IMG/VR virus record: IMGVR_UViG_3300027736_001324
Span: 124,001 to 188,000 of that record
Strand: one strand, 5' to 3'
DNA: 64,000 nt
Every line of letters begins with the position of its first letter. The first letter of the stretch is position 1. The notes beneath the pieces were generated by a model. It saw nothing but the letters and a program-made list of their open reading frames with translations. It searched no databases and was not told the DNA's origin. The position numbers and the translations under genes were made by a program. Positions 8,942-16,795 of this stretch are shown here, one piece after another.

Positions 8942-8947
8942 TACAAT
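8919..8947 (+). promoter_or_regulatory. sigma70-type promoter heading the 8954-14608 operon
   Basis: TTGAAA-17 bp-TACAAT, with TG just upstream of -10; ATG 6 nt downstream. Confidence 0.55.
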
Positions 8948-8953
8948 AACACT

Positions 8954-9454
8954 ATGAGAATTTTGACCCTAGATAACGAATACTATAACTTAGAGACATT
9001 GCCAGAGGAGATAGATGATTTACGATTTGCAATATTGGACAACAGTAATCCAAGCAATGTAGATTATCATTATATACCATTAATCTTTTTAGAAAGTTTT
9101 AATGCCCCGGCACTTGTATTGAAGATTGGTAAACACACAATTAAAATGCCAGTGGATTGGCAAATATTGATTGGTGAAAAAGAGCATGGCGATTTAGAAA
9201 CATTGCCACTAACAAGTATCAATGATAGAGGATTTAATGCGTTTGAGTTTAATCCGTTAACTAGTTTTAGTCCTACCTTTCTACCTATTGAGATTGTAGA
9301 TATATACCACGATGTAACATGGTATGCTCCCCGATTAAAGAACGGGCAGTTTCTGTGTGTACCGTTGAATGATGGGCCTAAACCCGAATGTGTATATTTT
9401 GTAAAAGAAATTAGTCGTAACTGTGAGATAATAGATTATAGTCAGGCATTCTAA
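8954..9454 (+). CDS. hypothetical beta-rich protein, possibly a degenerate stand-alone Hint-like fold
   Basis: 166-aa ORF; pattern VLKIGKHTIKMPVDWQILIG ... IEIVDIYHDVTWYAPRLKNGQFLCV. Confidence 0.6.
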   Translation: MRILTLDNEYYNLETLPEEIDDLRFAILDNSNPSNVDYHYIPLIFLESFNAPALVLKIGKHTIKMPVDWQILIGEKEHGDLETLPLTSINDRGFNAFEFNPLTSFSPTFLPIEIVDIYHDVTWYAPRLKNGQFLCVPLNDGPKPECVYFVKEISRNCEIIDYSQAF

Positions 9455-10047
9455 TGGCAACAAGAAAAGTAGCAGTACCCGTTGATGAAAAATTTGACAA
9501 ACAAGATTTAGACTTGTTTGAGGTCCTTGCCGCATTAGATAAGAAAGATTATGATTTCTTTGATAGACTATCACCCGAACAACAAAAAAAGTTTGTCCCG
9601 TTTACAATGATACAATGGCTAAGTGCTATTAAAGGTAGTGAGGGATTAAGTCGTTATTATGTAATGAGTACAGCAGAGTATGCGAACAAGTATCTGTTCA
9701 ATGAGAATATTCAAAAGCATCCTAAACTACAATGGTTGATGATGTGTGCTAGTAGCCCGGGCTCAGGTAAACAATTCCATCAGTGGATACCTAACATCAG
9801 CCCTAAGGTAAGTAAATTACAAGCAGCAGCTAAACTAAAAGATATTAAAGAGTATTACAAGAAGATATATCCTAGAGCAGATAGTGATGATATTGACGCA
9901 GTAAGTGAAGCGTTTGTAGTTAATCAAAAACGCAAACTTAAATTAGCAGAATTGTTTCCTAATATGAAACTAACAGACATTGAGACATTAAATGAAACTA
10001 TTACTGAAGAACAACTTAAGCAATATGAAAGAGACCTCGGCAATTAA
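9454..10047 (+). CDS. probable clamp-loader small subunit (T4 gp62-like)
   Basis: KKFVPFTMIQWLS...ANKY...QWLM...KQFHQWI resembles the gp62 pattern; TAATG coupling. Confidence 0.5.
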   Translation: MATRKVAVPVDEKFDKQDLDLFEVLAALDKKDYDFFDRLSPEQQKKFVPFTMIQWLSAIKGSEGLSRYYVMSTAEYANKYLFNENIQKHPKLQWLMMCASSPGSGKQFHQWIPNISPKVSKLQAAAKLKDIKEYYKKIYPRADSDDIDAVSEAFVVNQKRKLKLAELFPNMKLTDIETLNETITEEQLKQYERDLGN

Positions 10048-10726
10048 GGCAGCAAAGTATGGCTGTGAATTTTGTAAGAGGGAGTTCTTGCGTGAATCAA
10101 CCACGCTTAGTCATGTATGTGAGCAGAAGCGTAGATGGTTAGATAAAGACAATCACGGCAATCGTATTGGGTTTCAATGTTGGTTGGAGTTTTATAAAAA
10201 GAATACATCAAAACGAAAGAATCTTAAGCAAGAAGATTTTATTAAGAATCCATATTACATTGCGTTTGTTAAGTTTGGTAATTATTGTGTCAACATCAAT
10301 GCGATAAATATTCCAAGATTTACTGATTGGTTATTAAAGAATCAAGTTAAGATTGACAATTGGTGTAGTGATAGTACATACACTAAATATCTAATTGAGT
10401 TTTTGAGACATGAAGATCCATTTGATGCTATACATCGTAGCATTGAAAAATGTATAGAAATGGCAAGTGACGCTAACATACAGCCACATGACTTATTGAG
10501 ATATGGCAATGCAAATAAGATTTGTTATGCGATAACAACGGGTAAGATTAGTCCATGGTTGTTGTATCAAAGCGACAGCGGGGTCCATTTCTTAGATGGA
10601 TTAAATGAAGGCCATGTTAAAATGATCATTGATTATATAAATCCAGAACAGTGGGCAATAAGGTTTAAACGTGATGCAGAACTTACGAAACGAATTAAAG
10701 ACACCCTCGGTGAAGCAGGGTACTAG
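10025..10726 (+). CDS. hypothetical protein with N-terminal zinc finger
   Basis: CEFCKREF...HVC. Confidence 0.7.
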   Translation: MKETSAIKAAKYGCEFCKREFLRESTTLSHVCEQKRRWLDKDNHGNRIGFQCWLEFYKKNTSKRKNLKQEDFIKNPYYIAFVKFGNYCVNINAINIPRFTDWLLKNQVKIDNWCSDSTYTKYLIEFLRHEDPFDAIHRSIEKCIEMASDANIQPHDLLRYGNANKICYAITTGKISPWLLYQSDSGVHFLDGLNEGHVKMIIDYINPEQWAIRFKRDAELTKRIKDTLGEAGY

Positions 10727-10907
10727 GGTTCGTATCCCTTGGATGAAAGGTGATACAATTAGTGATTGGGATGAAACTTGTATTTGGGCAATGGAACAAT
10801 TTGATTTGCCGGGTGGGAAGTTTTACACACACATGACAGAAGATTATATGGATTTTGTATTTAAAGATGAGCGTGATGCGATACATTTTAGTTTAAGATG
10901 GTTATGA
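10710..10907 (+). CDS. FxLRW-family small protein 1 (GTG start inferred)
   Basis: ends FVFKDERDAIHFSLRWL. Confidence 0.75.
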   Translation: MKQGTRVRIPWMKGDTISDWDETCIWAMEQFDLPGGKFYTHMTEDYMDFVFKDERDAIHFSLRWL

Positions 10908-11119
10908 GAAGATGGGAAGATATACGACCGGGTTGGCATGAACGTGTTATTAAACTAGATGAAAACCGCCGGCAACTGCATCGTATTGAAATAATAGATT
11001 GGGTATGTAATAAAATTGAAAATTATGAAAGGCACACATTGTGCACCTGGGATGAATTTGAAGTAAGAATAAAATTTAGATATGAACGAGACTACATTTT
11101 TTGTAGTTTAAGATGGTAA
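10904..11119 (+). CDS. FxLRW-family small protein 2
   Basis: ATGA overlap; ends IKFRYERDYIFCSLRW. Confidence 0.75.
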   Translation: MRRWEDIRPGWHERVIKLDENRRQLHRIEIIDWVCNKIENYERHTLCTWDEFEVRIKFRYERDYIFCSLRW

Positions 11120-11361
11120 CAAAAACAAAACAAGTAACTTATAAATATGTGGCCAGATTATGGGGCGCAGACTATGCCGCCCTGTTAATTTGGCTACAAA
11201 AAAATATAGGCAAATTAGTTGCCGCTAAGCCTATTGTTGCCTGGGAAGGACAAGGTTGGTATATGATATTAGTACAAGGCAACCATGGAGACCCTTATTG
11301 TGATATACATTTTGTAAATAAGAAACATTTAAAACTTTTGGAAAAAGACTGGGTTGAATGA
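11113..11361 (+). CDS. FxLRW-family small protein 3 (divergent)
   Basis: central LIWLQKNIG; ends IHFVNKKHLKLLEKDWVE. Confidence 0.65.
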   Translation: MVTKTKQVTYKYVARLWGADYAALLIWLQKNIGKLVAAKPIVAWEGQGWYMILVQGNHGDPYCDIHFVNKKHLKLLEKDWVE

Positions 11362-11660
11362 TAAAGAAACGTGCCATGGCTAACAATAGATGGGTATCTG
11401 ATTTAGCAAATCAATGGATAGATGAAATCAACGTGAAACGCCTTGAAACTGGTTATGCTGACAATCAACCTAAATGGCCCTACTGGGTTCGTCCACACAA
11501 CTACGAGGAGAAAGAGTGGTATGACATGGACAAATGGCTGCTAAACATAATGGGTGATAATAATTGGCATAAAGAAAACGCACGTTGGGTAGGCAGCAAT
11601 CGTAAGTATTGGTTCCGTGATGAAGCAGATAGAACCTTTTTCATATTGAGATGGTCATGA
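11358..11660 (+). CDS. FxLRW-family small protein 4
   Basis: ATGA overlap; ends YWFRDEADRTFFILRWS. Confidence 0.78.
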   Translation: MIKKRAMANNRWVSDLANQWIDEINVKRLETGYADNQPKWPYWVRPHNYEEKEWYDMDKWLLNIMGDNNWHKENARWVGSNRKYWFRDEADRTFFILRWS

Positions 11661-11899
11661 ACAGCAAACAGCGTAGAAAAGAAAAACGTGATATTGATAA
11701 GAATTATCACAAGGTACATCTTACAGTACGCCCAGGAATGAATTGGACTGATTGGTGTGATCAAGTTGCGGAAATGGTTAGGTGGGTTAGTGAACATACT
11801 AGGCGTGATTGTTGTTTGCAAAAAAATGAGTGGGCTGGTAGTACATTCTATTTCGTAGACGCAAAAGATGCTACACATTTTATATTGAGATGGTCATGA
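11657..11899 (+). CDS. FxLRW-family small protein 5
   Basis: ATGA overlap; ends FYFVDAKDATHFILRWS. Confidence 0.78.
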   Translation: MNSKQRRKEKRDIDKNYHKVHLTVRPGMNWTDWCDQVAEMVRWVSEHTRRDCCLQKNEWAGSTFYFVDAKDATHFILRWS

Positions 11900-12156
11900 T
11901 AGATATAGAACACGAATACATTGACAAACTTGCTAAAGATATGGCTGACAGCATTGATACAGAAGTATTGTATAATGCTATGGGTTGGACTGTTGTTAAC
12001 ATACCGCATCCATGGTACATTCCTAGTGTGCGTAATAGTGTAACAGATTGGTTAGAAGAAAATAAAATTGAATATCATGAATATCATTGTTGGGACGGCA
12101 GAATTGCTTTCAAAGAAGGTAGTGATGCTACATTTTTCATATTGAGGTGGTCATGA
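11896..12156 (+). CDS. FxLRW-family small protein 6
   Basis: ATGA overlap; ends IAFKEGSDATFFILRWS. Confidence 0.78.
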   Translation: MIDIEHEYIDKLAKDMADSIDTEVLYNAMGWTVVNIPHPWYIPSVRNSVTDWLEENKIEYHEYHCWDGRIAFKEGSDATFFILRWS

Positions 12157-12398
12157 GTAAATTTACACACAAAACAGAACGCTATTTTGGTAGCAAAGTT
12201 AATATACATACTATCTCTTGGAAGAACCAAGATGATGTTGACCCTAAAGAAATCAAGAAATGGTGTAAAAAGAATTACGGCAATTCAGGGTATGATGATG
12301 AAACTGGAAGTAATCGTTGGGTAGATAATATTAAGCAATGTGAGATAATGCTTACCCGTGACGAAGATTTAACATTGTTTTTATTGCGCTGGGAATGA
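12153..12398 (+). CDS. FxLRW-family small protein 7
   Basis: ATGA overlap; ends IMLTRDEDLTLFLLRWE. Confidence 0.78.
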   Translation: MSKFTHKTERYFGSKVNIHTISWKNQDDVDPKEIKKWCKKNYGNSGYDDETGSNRWVDNIKQCEIMLTRDEDLTLFLLRWE

Positions 12399-12598
12399 AA
12401 TCTGTAACCATCTACGGCAAAAGTGCGAATGAAGTAATAGAAATATTACATCAAATGCAAGCACACGGCTGGACTGATGGAGTAGATTTTGATTGGGCAT
12501 ATCATCGTTCTTCCACATATGATACAAGAGATCGCCGAGCAGTGTTTAATTTCTACAAAGAAGAATACAGTACTTACTTTGCATTGAGATGGGTATGA
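12395..12598 (+). CDS. FxLRW-family small protein 8
   Basis: ATGA overlap; ends FNFYKEEYSTYFALRWV. Confidence 0.78.
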   Translation: MKSVTIYGKSANEVIEILHQMQAHGWTDGVDFDWAYHRSSTYDTRDRRAVFNFYKEEYSTYFALRWV

Positions 12599-12864
12599 CC
12601 AATATATCAAAATCATTTCAAGATTATGATGACGATGATCCGGCATTACATCAACGAAAGAATCGTTGGAAGTATTGGGAAGCATTGAAAAAAGTTCGTG
12701 TAGAGTACATGGAAAACAAAACTGATTTTGACGCATATGATTTTGAAGATTATCTACAAAAGAAGTACGGTGTAAGAATGAATATTACCAATGGCAATAT
12801 AACAGATGGTTATCAGATAGTAGATGAAAAACTCTATTTAATATTTTTATTAAAATGGGGATGA
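12595..12864 (+). CDS. FxLRW-family small protein 9
   Basis: ATGA overlap; ends YQIVDEKLYLIFLLKWG. Confidence 0.75.
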   Translation: MTNISKSFQDYDDDDPALHQRKNRWKYWEALKKVRVEYMENKTDFDAYDFEDYLQKKYGVRMNITNGNITDGYQIVDEKLYLIFLLKWG

Positions 12865-12865
12865 T

Positions 12866-13138
12866 ATGGCAATAAAATACACAGAATGTTTCCATCCAGC
12901 ATATCCCAATGCCTCAGGCTCTTTATGTAAGGATAACAAATATAAAGCAGGACACAAAACAGTCTATCAAAGAGATTGTAGATATCATAAAGAGGATCCA
13001 TCTATCATTGTAAAATGGATGAGAAGAAATTTTGGTGAAAGACACCAAGGTTGGGACTTCTCTTTAGCTGGAGGATGTGTTACAATAGAGTTGTGGGATG
13101 ATAGATTTATAACAATGTATGAAATGTGGCAGATGTAA
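12866..13138 (+). CDS. FxLRW-family small protein 10 (divergent)
   Basis: central VKWMRRNFG; ends IELWDDRFITMYEMWQM. Confidence 0.7.
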   Translation: MAIKYTECFHPAYPNASGSLCKDNKYKAGHKTVYQRDCRYHKEDPSIIVKWMRRNFGERHQGWDFSLAGGCVTIELWDDRFITMYEMWQM

Positions 13139-13686
13139 TGGCAAATGATATAATGATTGATTTGGAGACACTTGACACAAGTCCATATTGTGTTATATTA
13201 ACTATAGGAGCTGTGCGGTTTGATCCTAAGGGTAATGGTGTAGTAGAACGATTAGAATTGCGTCCTACGATTGAAGAACAGACAGAAAAATATGATAGGA
13301 TAATTGATGACAGTACAATTGAATGGTGGGCAAAACAAAGCCCTGCCGCACTTGAAGAAGCGATGGGAGATGAAGGACGTGTTTCATTTAGTGAATGTAT
13401 GGAAACCCTTTATAAGTTTTGTTGGAATCGCCGTGCTGTGTGGTCTAATGGGGCTGCATTTGATATCGTTGCTTGCGAGACCGCATGGAGGCAACTTGGA
13501 GTGCGAATACCGTGGCCATTCTATACCGTACGAGATACTAGAACGTTGTATGAAGTTGCAGGAGTCAAACTAAGTGATGGCGGACATTCTACTAGTCACA
13601 AAGCAGTAGAAGATGCCGAAAGACAAGCAATTGTTGTACAAAAAGCGTATACTAAACTAATTAAAGCAGGAGTAATGGCACCATGA
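13138..13686 (+). CDS. DEDDh 3'-5' exonuclease (Rv2179c/DexA-like)
   Basis: IMIDLETL, WSNGAAFD, RDTRT and HKAVEDA motifs; TAATG coupling. Confidence 0.85.
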   Translation: MANDIMIDLETLDTSPYCVILTIGAVRFDPKGNGVVERLELRPTIEEQTEKYDRIIDDSTIEWWAKQSPAALEEAMGDEGRVSFSECMETLYKFCWNRRAVWSNGAAFDIVACETAWRQLGVRIPWPFYTVRDTRTLYEVAGVKLSDGGHSTSHKAVEDAERQAIVVQKAYTKLIKAGVMAP

Positions 13687-14000
13687 TGGTATATATTGTA
13701 GCATATAAATTTGAAACGGAAAAAGAATATGATGACTATATGCAGAATGAAGATGATTTTAAGTTGATGACTTGGTTAGTTGATAACAACATAACTGTCA
13801 TTGATGCTGAAGATTGTACTGATTTAGTAGATAATAAAGAGGTAATAGAGTTTAGTTTTAAATTTAAAAAAGACGCAAAAAAGTTTGCAAAGGCGTTTGA
13901 TTTAAAAGTAGAAGGGCCTTCCGAACGTGATTTCACTAACCCGTGGTTACCCCCCGATTGGAACGGTGACTGGGATAATCTACCGGGGTTCAGAGGATGA
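13683..14000 (+). CDS. hypothetical protein, likely a divergent 11th member of the FxLRW family
   Basis: LMTWLVDN helix and FSFKFKKDAKKFAKAF; ATGA overlaps at both ends. Confidence 0.65.
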   Translation: MMVYIVAYKFETEKEYDDYMQNEDDFKLMTWLVDNNITVIDAEDCTDLVDNKEVIEFSFKFKKDAKKFAKAFDLKVEGPSERDFTNPWLPPDWNGDWDNLPGFRG

Positions 14001-14608
14001 GAATAGATAGTGATATTGACATTGACTTTGGTTCAAGAGATAAATTGCTTGAACTGATTAAACATACAAGCGCAGCAATGCGTAATGTCAATCCTATTCG
14101 TAAACATGCTACTGGTGTATATGTTACACCTATTCCCTATGATCCAATACATGATATCGCAAGTATTGACTATACAGAAGCCGAGAAGCGTGGTTACTTC
14201 AAACTAGATTTGTTGAATGTTCATGTTTATGAGAATGTCAGAGATGAACAACATCTTAATGAATTGATGGTTGAGCCTGATTGGAGTAAACTGAAGGATA
14301 AATCTTTTGTTGAAAAACTTATTCACTTGAATAATCAGTACTACAATTTAGAGAAGATGCCAGAACCTATAGATAGTATCCCAAGATTATCTATGTTTTT
14401 AGCAGTTATTCGTCCTGGTAAAAAGCATTTGATTGGGAAATCTTGGAGTGAGATTAGTAAAACTGTATGGGATAAGGGAACTGATGGGTATGTATTCAAA
14501 CGTAGTCATAGTGTAGCCTACGCACAACTAGTAGTTGTTCACATGAATTTGTTAGGGCATTCTCTTAACGAGGGTGATGCTACGGCGTTTACTACGGCGT
14601 TTACTTAA
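13997..14608 (+). CDS. DnaE (Pol III alpha)-like mini-polymerase, C-terminal half with catalytic palm and reduced fingers
   Basis: SDIDIDF, KHATGVYV, GYFKLDLL, AVIRPG and GYVFKRSHSVAYA match DnaE PDIDIDF, KHAGGVVI, GLVKFDFL, ALxRPG and YGFNKSHSAAYA. Confidence 0.85.
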   Translation: MRIDSDIDIDFGSRDKLLELIKHTSAAMRNVNPIRKHATGVYVTPIPYDPIHDIASIDYTEAEKRGYFKLDLLNVHVYENVRDEQHLNELMVEPDWSKLKDKSFVEKLIHLNNQYYNLEKMPEPIDSIPRLSMFLAVIRPGKKHLIGKSWSEISKTVWDKGTDGYVFKRSHSVAYAQLVVVHMNLLGHSLNEGDATAFTTAFT

Positions 14609-14932
14609 TTCATTCATACTGCACGTTGGACCGTGAACCACTACTAGACTTTTGTTAGTAAAGGTCCTTAAGTAGGGTTTAAAGGGTAGCCAATCATCCT
14701 TTAAAAACAGATTGATAGGGACAAGACGATTACTTTCCCACCACCAAACTTCTCCTAATTCTAAGAACTTTTCTTTGATTGTGTTATCGGTTATAGCACC
14801 GTAATCATATATAGTGGTGACCATGTCATCACGGTTTTGAACAATACCTACATAATCTTGGTTGGCATATGAACATACTGTAATGAACGGGTGATTTTCT
14901 GTCAATCGTTTAAAGAATTCGTTTTGGATCAT
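14552..14932 (-). CDS. hypothetical protein
   Basis: 126-aa ORF with a late-type GATAAATA box on the minus strand at 14950-14957. Confidence 0.7.
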   Translation of the reverse strand: MIQNEFFKRLTENHPFITVCSYANQDYVGIVQNRDDMVTTIYDYGAITDNTIKEKFLELGEVWWWESNRLVPINLFLKDDWLPFKPYLRTFTNKSLVVVHGPTCSMNELSKRRSKRRSITLVKRMP

Positions 14933-15019
14933 TATTTTAGTTAACAGTTTATTTATCGGGTAACCAAAGTTAATTAAATTAAAATATATAGACTAAATAC
15001 GTTATAGGAGCCTACATTT

Positions 15020-15784
15020 GTGTATTCAACATCAGTATTTTATTACGTTCAGCGCAACATTGTTGTGTTATTGTCAGGCTATTCACCGAGGAAATATATG
15101 CCAGTCTATGCCAAACCATTAACCCTACATAAGGGAGTGGATAATCAAATCCAGTTTCAATTCCTGAATCAAGAGCAAAAACCCGTAGATGTTACTGGAA
15201 AAAGTATCACTTGCCGTATATTAAACTACACAGGTAATGAAATCTTAATACAGAAAGCATTGACCTTGCAGTTTGCTGCCACCGGTATTTGTGCGTTATA
15301 TTTAAATGCTGCGGACCTTGAGAATATACAGGCTCAAAAATGCTATTATACCTTAGAAATACCAGTTAATGAGTTTGACTTCCCTGTGTTTGTGGATCAA
15401 AACGCCGGCGCCCGTGGCGAGATGAATATTGTTAATAGTGTATTACCTAACTTTGTCCCATCATACAATATCACAATCCCAACTGGGCAAGCCTTTCCTA
15501 ATAGTCCTAACAGTAATGGAAGTAGCATCACTTACACTACTAGTGTACTGAGTACTAATAACAATCCAATACTAACTATCCAAACTGAGTACATTGAATT
15601 CTATGGAAACACAACTATTCAAGGTAGCAGTATTGTGGATAATGATTGGTATGATATTGTAACTACTGAGGAAGTCTCTAATGTTACACAAACGGTTGGA
15701 TATGTAATTGAAGGATTTCATCCTTATGTTCGTATGCAATTCACTAGCAATGCGGGCGCAGTAACAAATATATTGACCAGATAA
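15020..15784 (+). CDS. putative virion structural protein (Ig-like, beta-rich)
   Basis: ACTAAATA late box at 14992, AGGAG RBS, GTG start; KGVDNQIQFQFLNQEQKPVDVTG pattern. Confidence 0.65.
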   Translation: MYSTSVFYYVQRNIVVLLSGYSPRKYMPVYAKPLTLHKGVDNQIQFQFLNQEQKPVDVTGKSITCRILNYTGNEILIQKALTLQFAATGICALYLNAADLENIQAQKCYYTLEIPVNEFDFPVFVDQNAGARGEMNIVNSVLPNFVPSYNITIPTGQAFPNSPNSNGSSITYTTSVLSTNNNPILTIQTEYIEFYGNTTIQGSSIVDNDWYDIVTTEEVSNVTQTVGYVIEGFHPYVRMQFTSNAGAVTNILTR

Positions 15785-15785
15785 T

Positions 15786-15814
15786 TTGCTTTAACATTAT
15801 GATTGTGTTACAAT
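15786..15814 (+). promoter_or_regulatory. sigma70-type promoter for primase-helicase
   Basis: TTGCTT-17 bp-TACAAT with extended TG; ATG 6 nt downstream. Confidence 0.55.
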
Positions 15815-15820
15815 CAATAG

Positions 15821-16795
15821 ATGTTTGATATCCTGTCAATAATACCCGGCAAAAAAAGAAAAACTAGTACTGGTTGGACTATCTTTAACGCGGTTTGTTG
15901 TCACCACTTTAATCATCGACCAGATCAAAGATTGCGCGGTGGCATCATGTTCGATGGGGGAAATTGGGTATATGCTTGTTTTAATTGTGGATTCAAAACA
16001 GGCTTCACTTTAGGGCAACCTATTTTAATAAAAACTAGAACATTATTAAAATGGTGCGGTATAGATGATATTCAAATTCAAAGGTGGAATTTACAAAGTC
16101 TACAGAATAAAGATTTGATAGATTTCACTCGTCCAGTAAAACAACGCATAAAGATTACCTTTAACGAACACCAATTGCCCGCCGGCGATATTGTGGATAT
16201 TAATAATCCATTGCACAAAGTATATGTAGACTATCTGCAATTGAGAAAGATAGATATTAATGCTTATCCTTTTTTAATCACTCCAAATGCAAAAGGCAGG
16301 ATGGGTAATAGAGTAATCATCCCTTACACCTATAATAATACTATAGTAGGTCATACAAGTAGATTTTTAGATGATAAAATACCTAAGTATATCAATGAAC
16401 AACAACACGGTTATGTATTTAATATTGATATGCAAAAACCAGACTGGAGCGTTTGTATTGTAACTGAAGGAATATTTGATGCATTGAGTATTGACGGTGT
16501 GGCAATAATGCATAATGATATCAATCCTGAACAAGCATTACTATTAAGCACATTGAACAAACAAATTATACTAGTCCCAGATAGAGATAAGACGGGATTA
16601 GAATTGTGTGATAAAGCATTGGAATTGGGTTATAGTGTTAGTTTACCAAATTGGGATAGTGATGTAAAAGATGTAAATGATGCAGTAGTTAAATATGGTA
16701 AATTACCTACCCTATTAAGTATACTACAATGTGCAACAAATAGTAAAATCAAAATAGAAATGCAAAGGAAAAAAATTGGCAAAGCAGGAATCTAA
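15821..16795 (+). CDS. DNA primase (gp61/DnaG-type)
   Basis: Zn-binding CC...CFNCG; TOPRIM VTEGIFDA, PDRDKTG and KDVND. Confidence 0.88.
   Translation: MFDILSIIPGKKRKTSTGWTIFNAVCCHHFNHRPDQRLRGGIMFDGGNWVYACFNCGFKTGFTLGQPILIKTRTLLKWCGIDDIQIQRWNLQSLQNKDLIDFTRPVKQRIKITFNEHQLPAGDIVDINNPLHKVYVDYLQLRKIDINAYPFLITPNAKGRMGNRVIIPYTYNNTIVGHTSRFLDDKIPKYINEQQHGYVFNIDMQKPDWSVCIVTEGIFDALSIDGVAIMHNDINPEQALLLSTLNKQIILVPDRDKTGLELCDKALELGYSVSLPNWDSDVKDVNDAVVKYGKLPTLLSILQCATNSKIKIEMQRKKIGKAGI

Noticed and set aside
10710-13138. Diversity-generating retroelement or integron as the explanation for the paralogue array
   Set aside because: No reverse transcriptase, template/variable repeat pair, integrase or attC-like palindromes are visible in this window.
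13997-14030. Split intein joining the two DnaE halves
   Set aside because: The N-half ends at EFLK with no Cys-initiated intein N-part, and the C-half starts directly at the catalytic motif with no HN-C/S junction.
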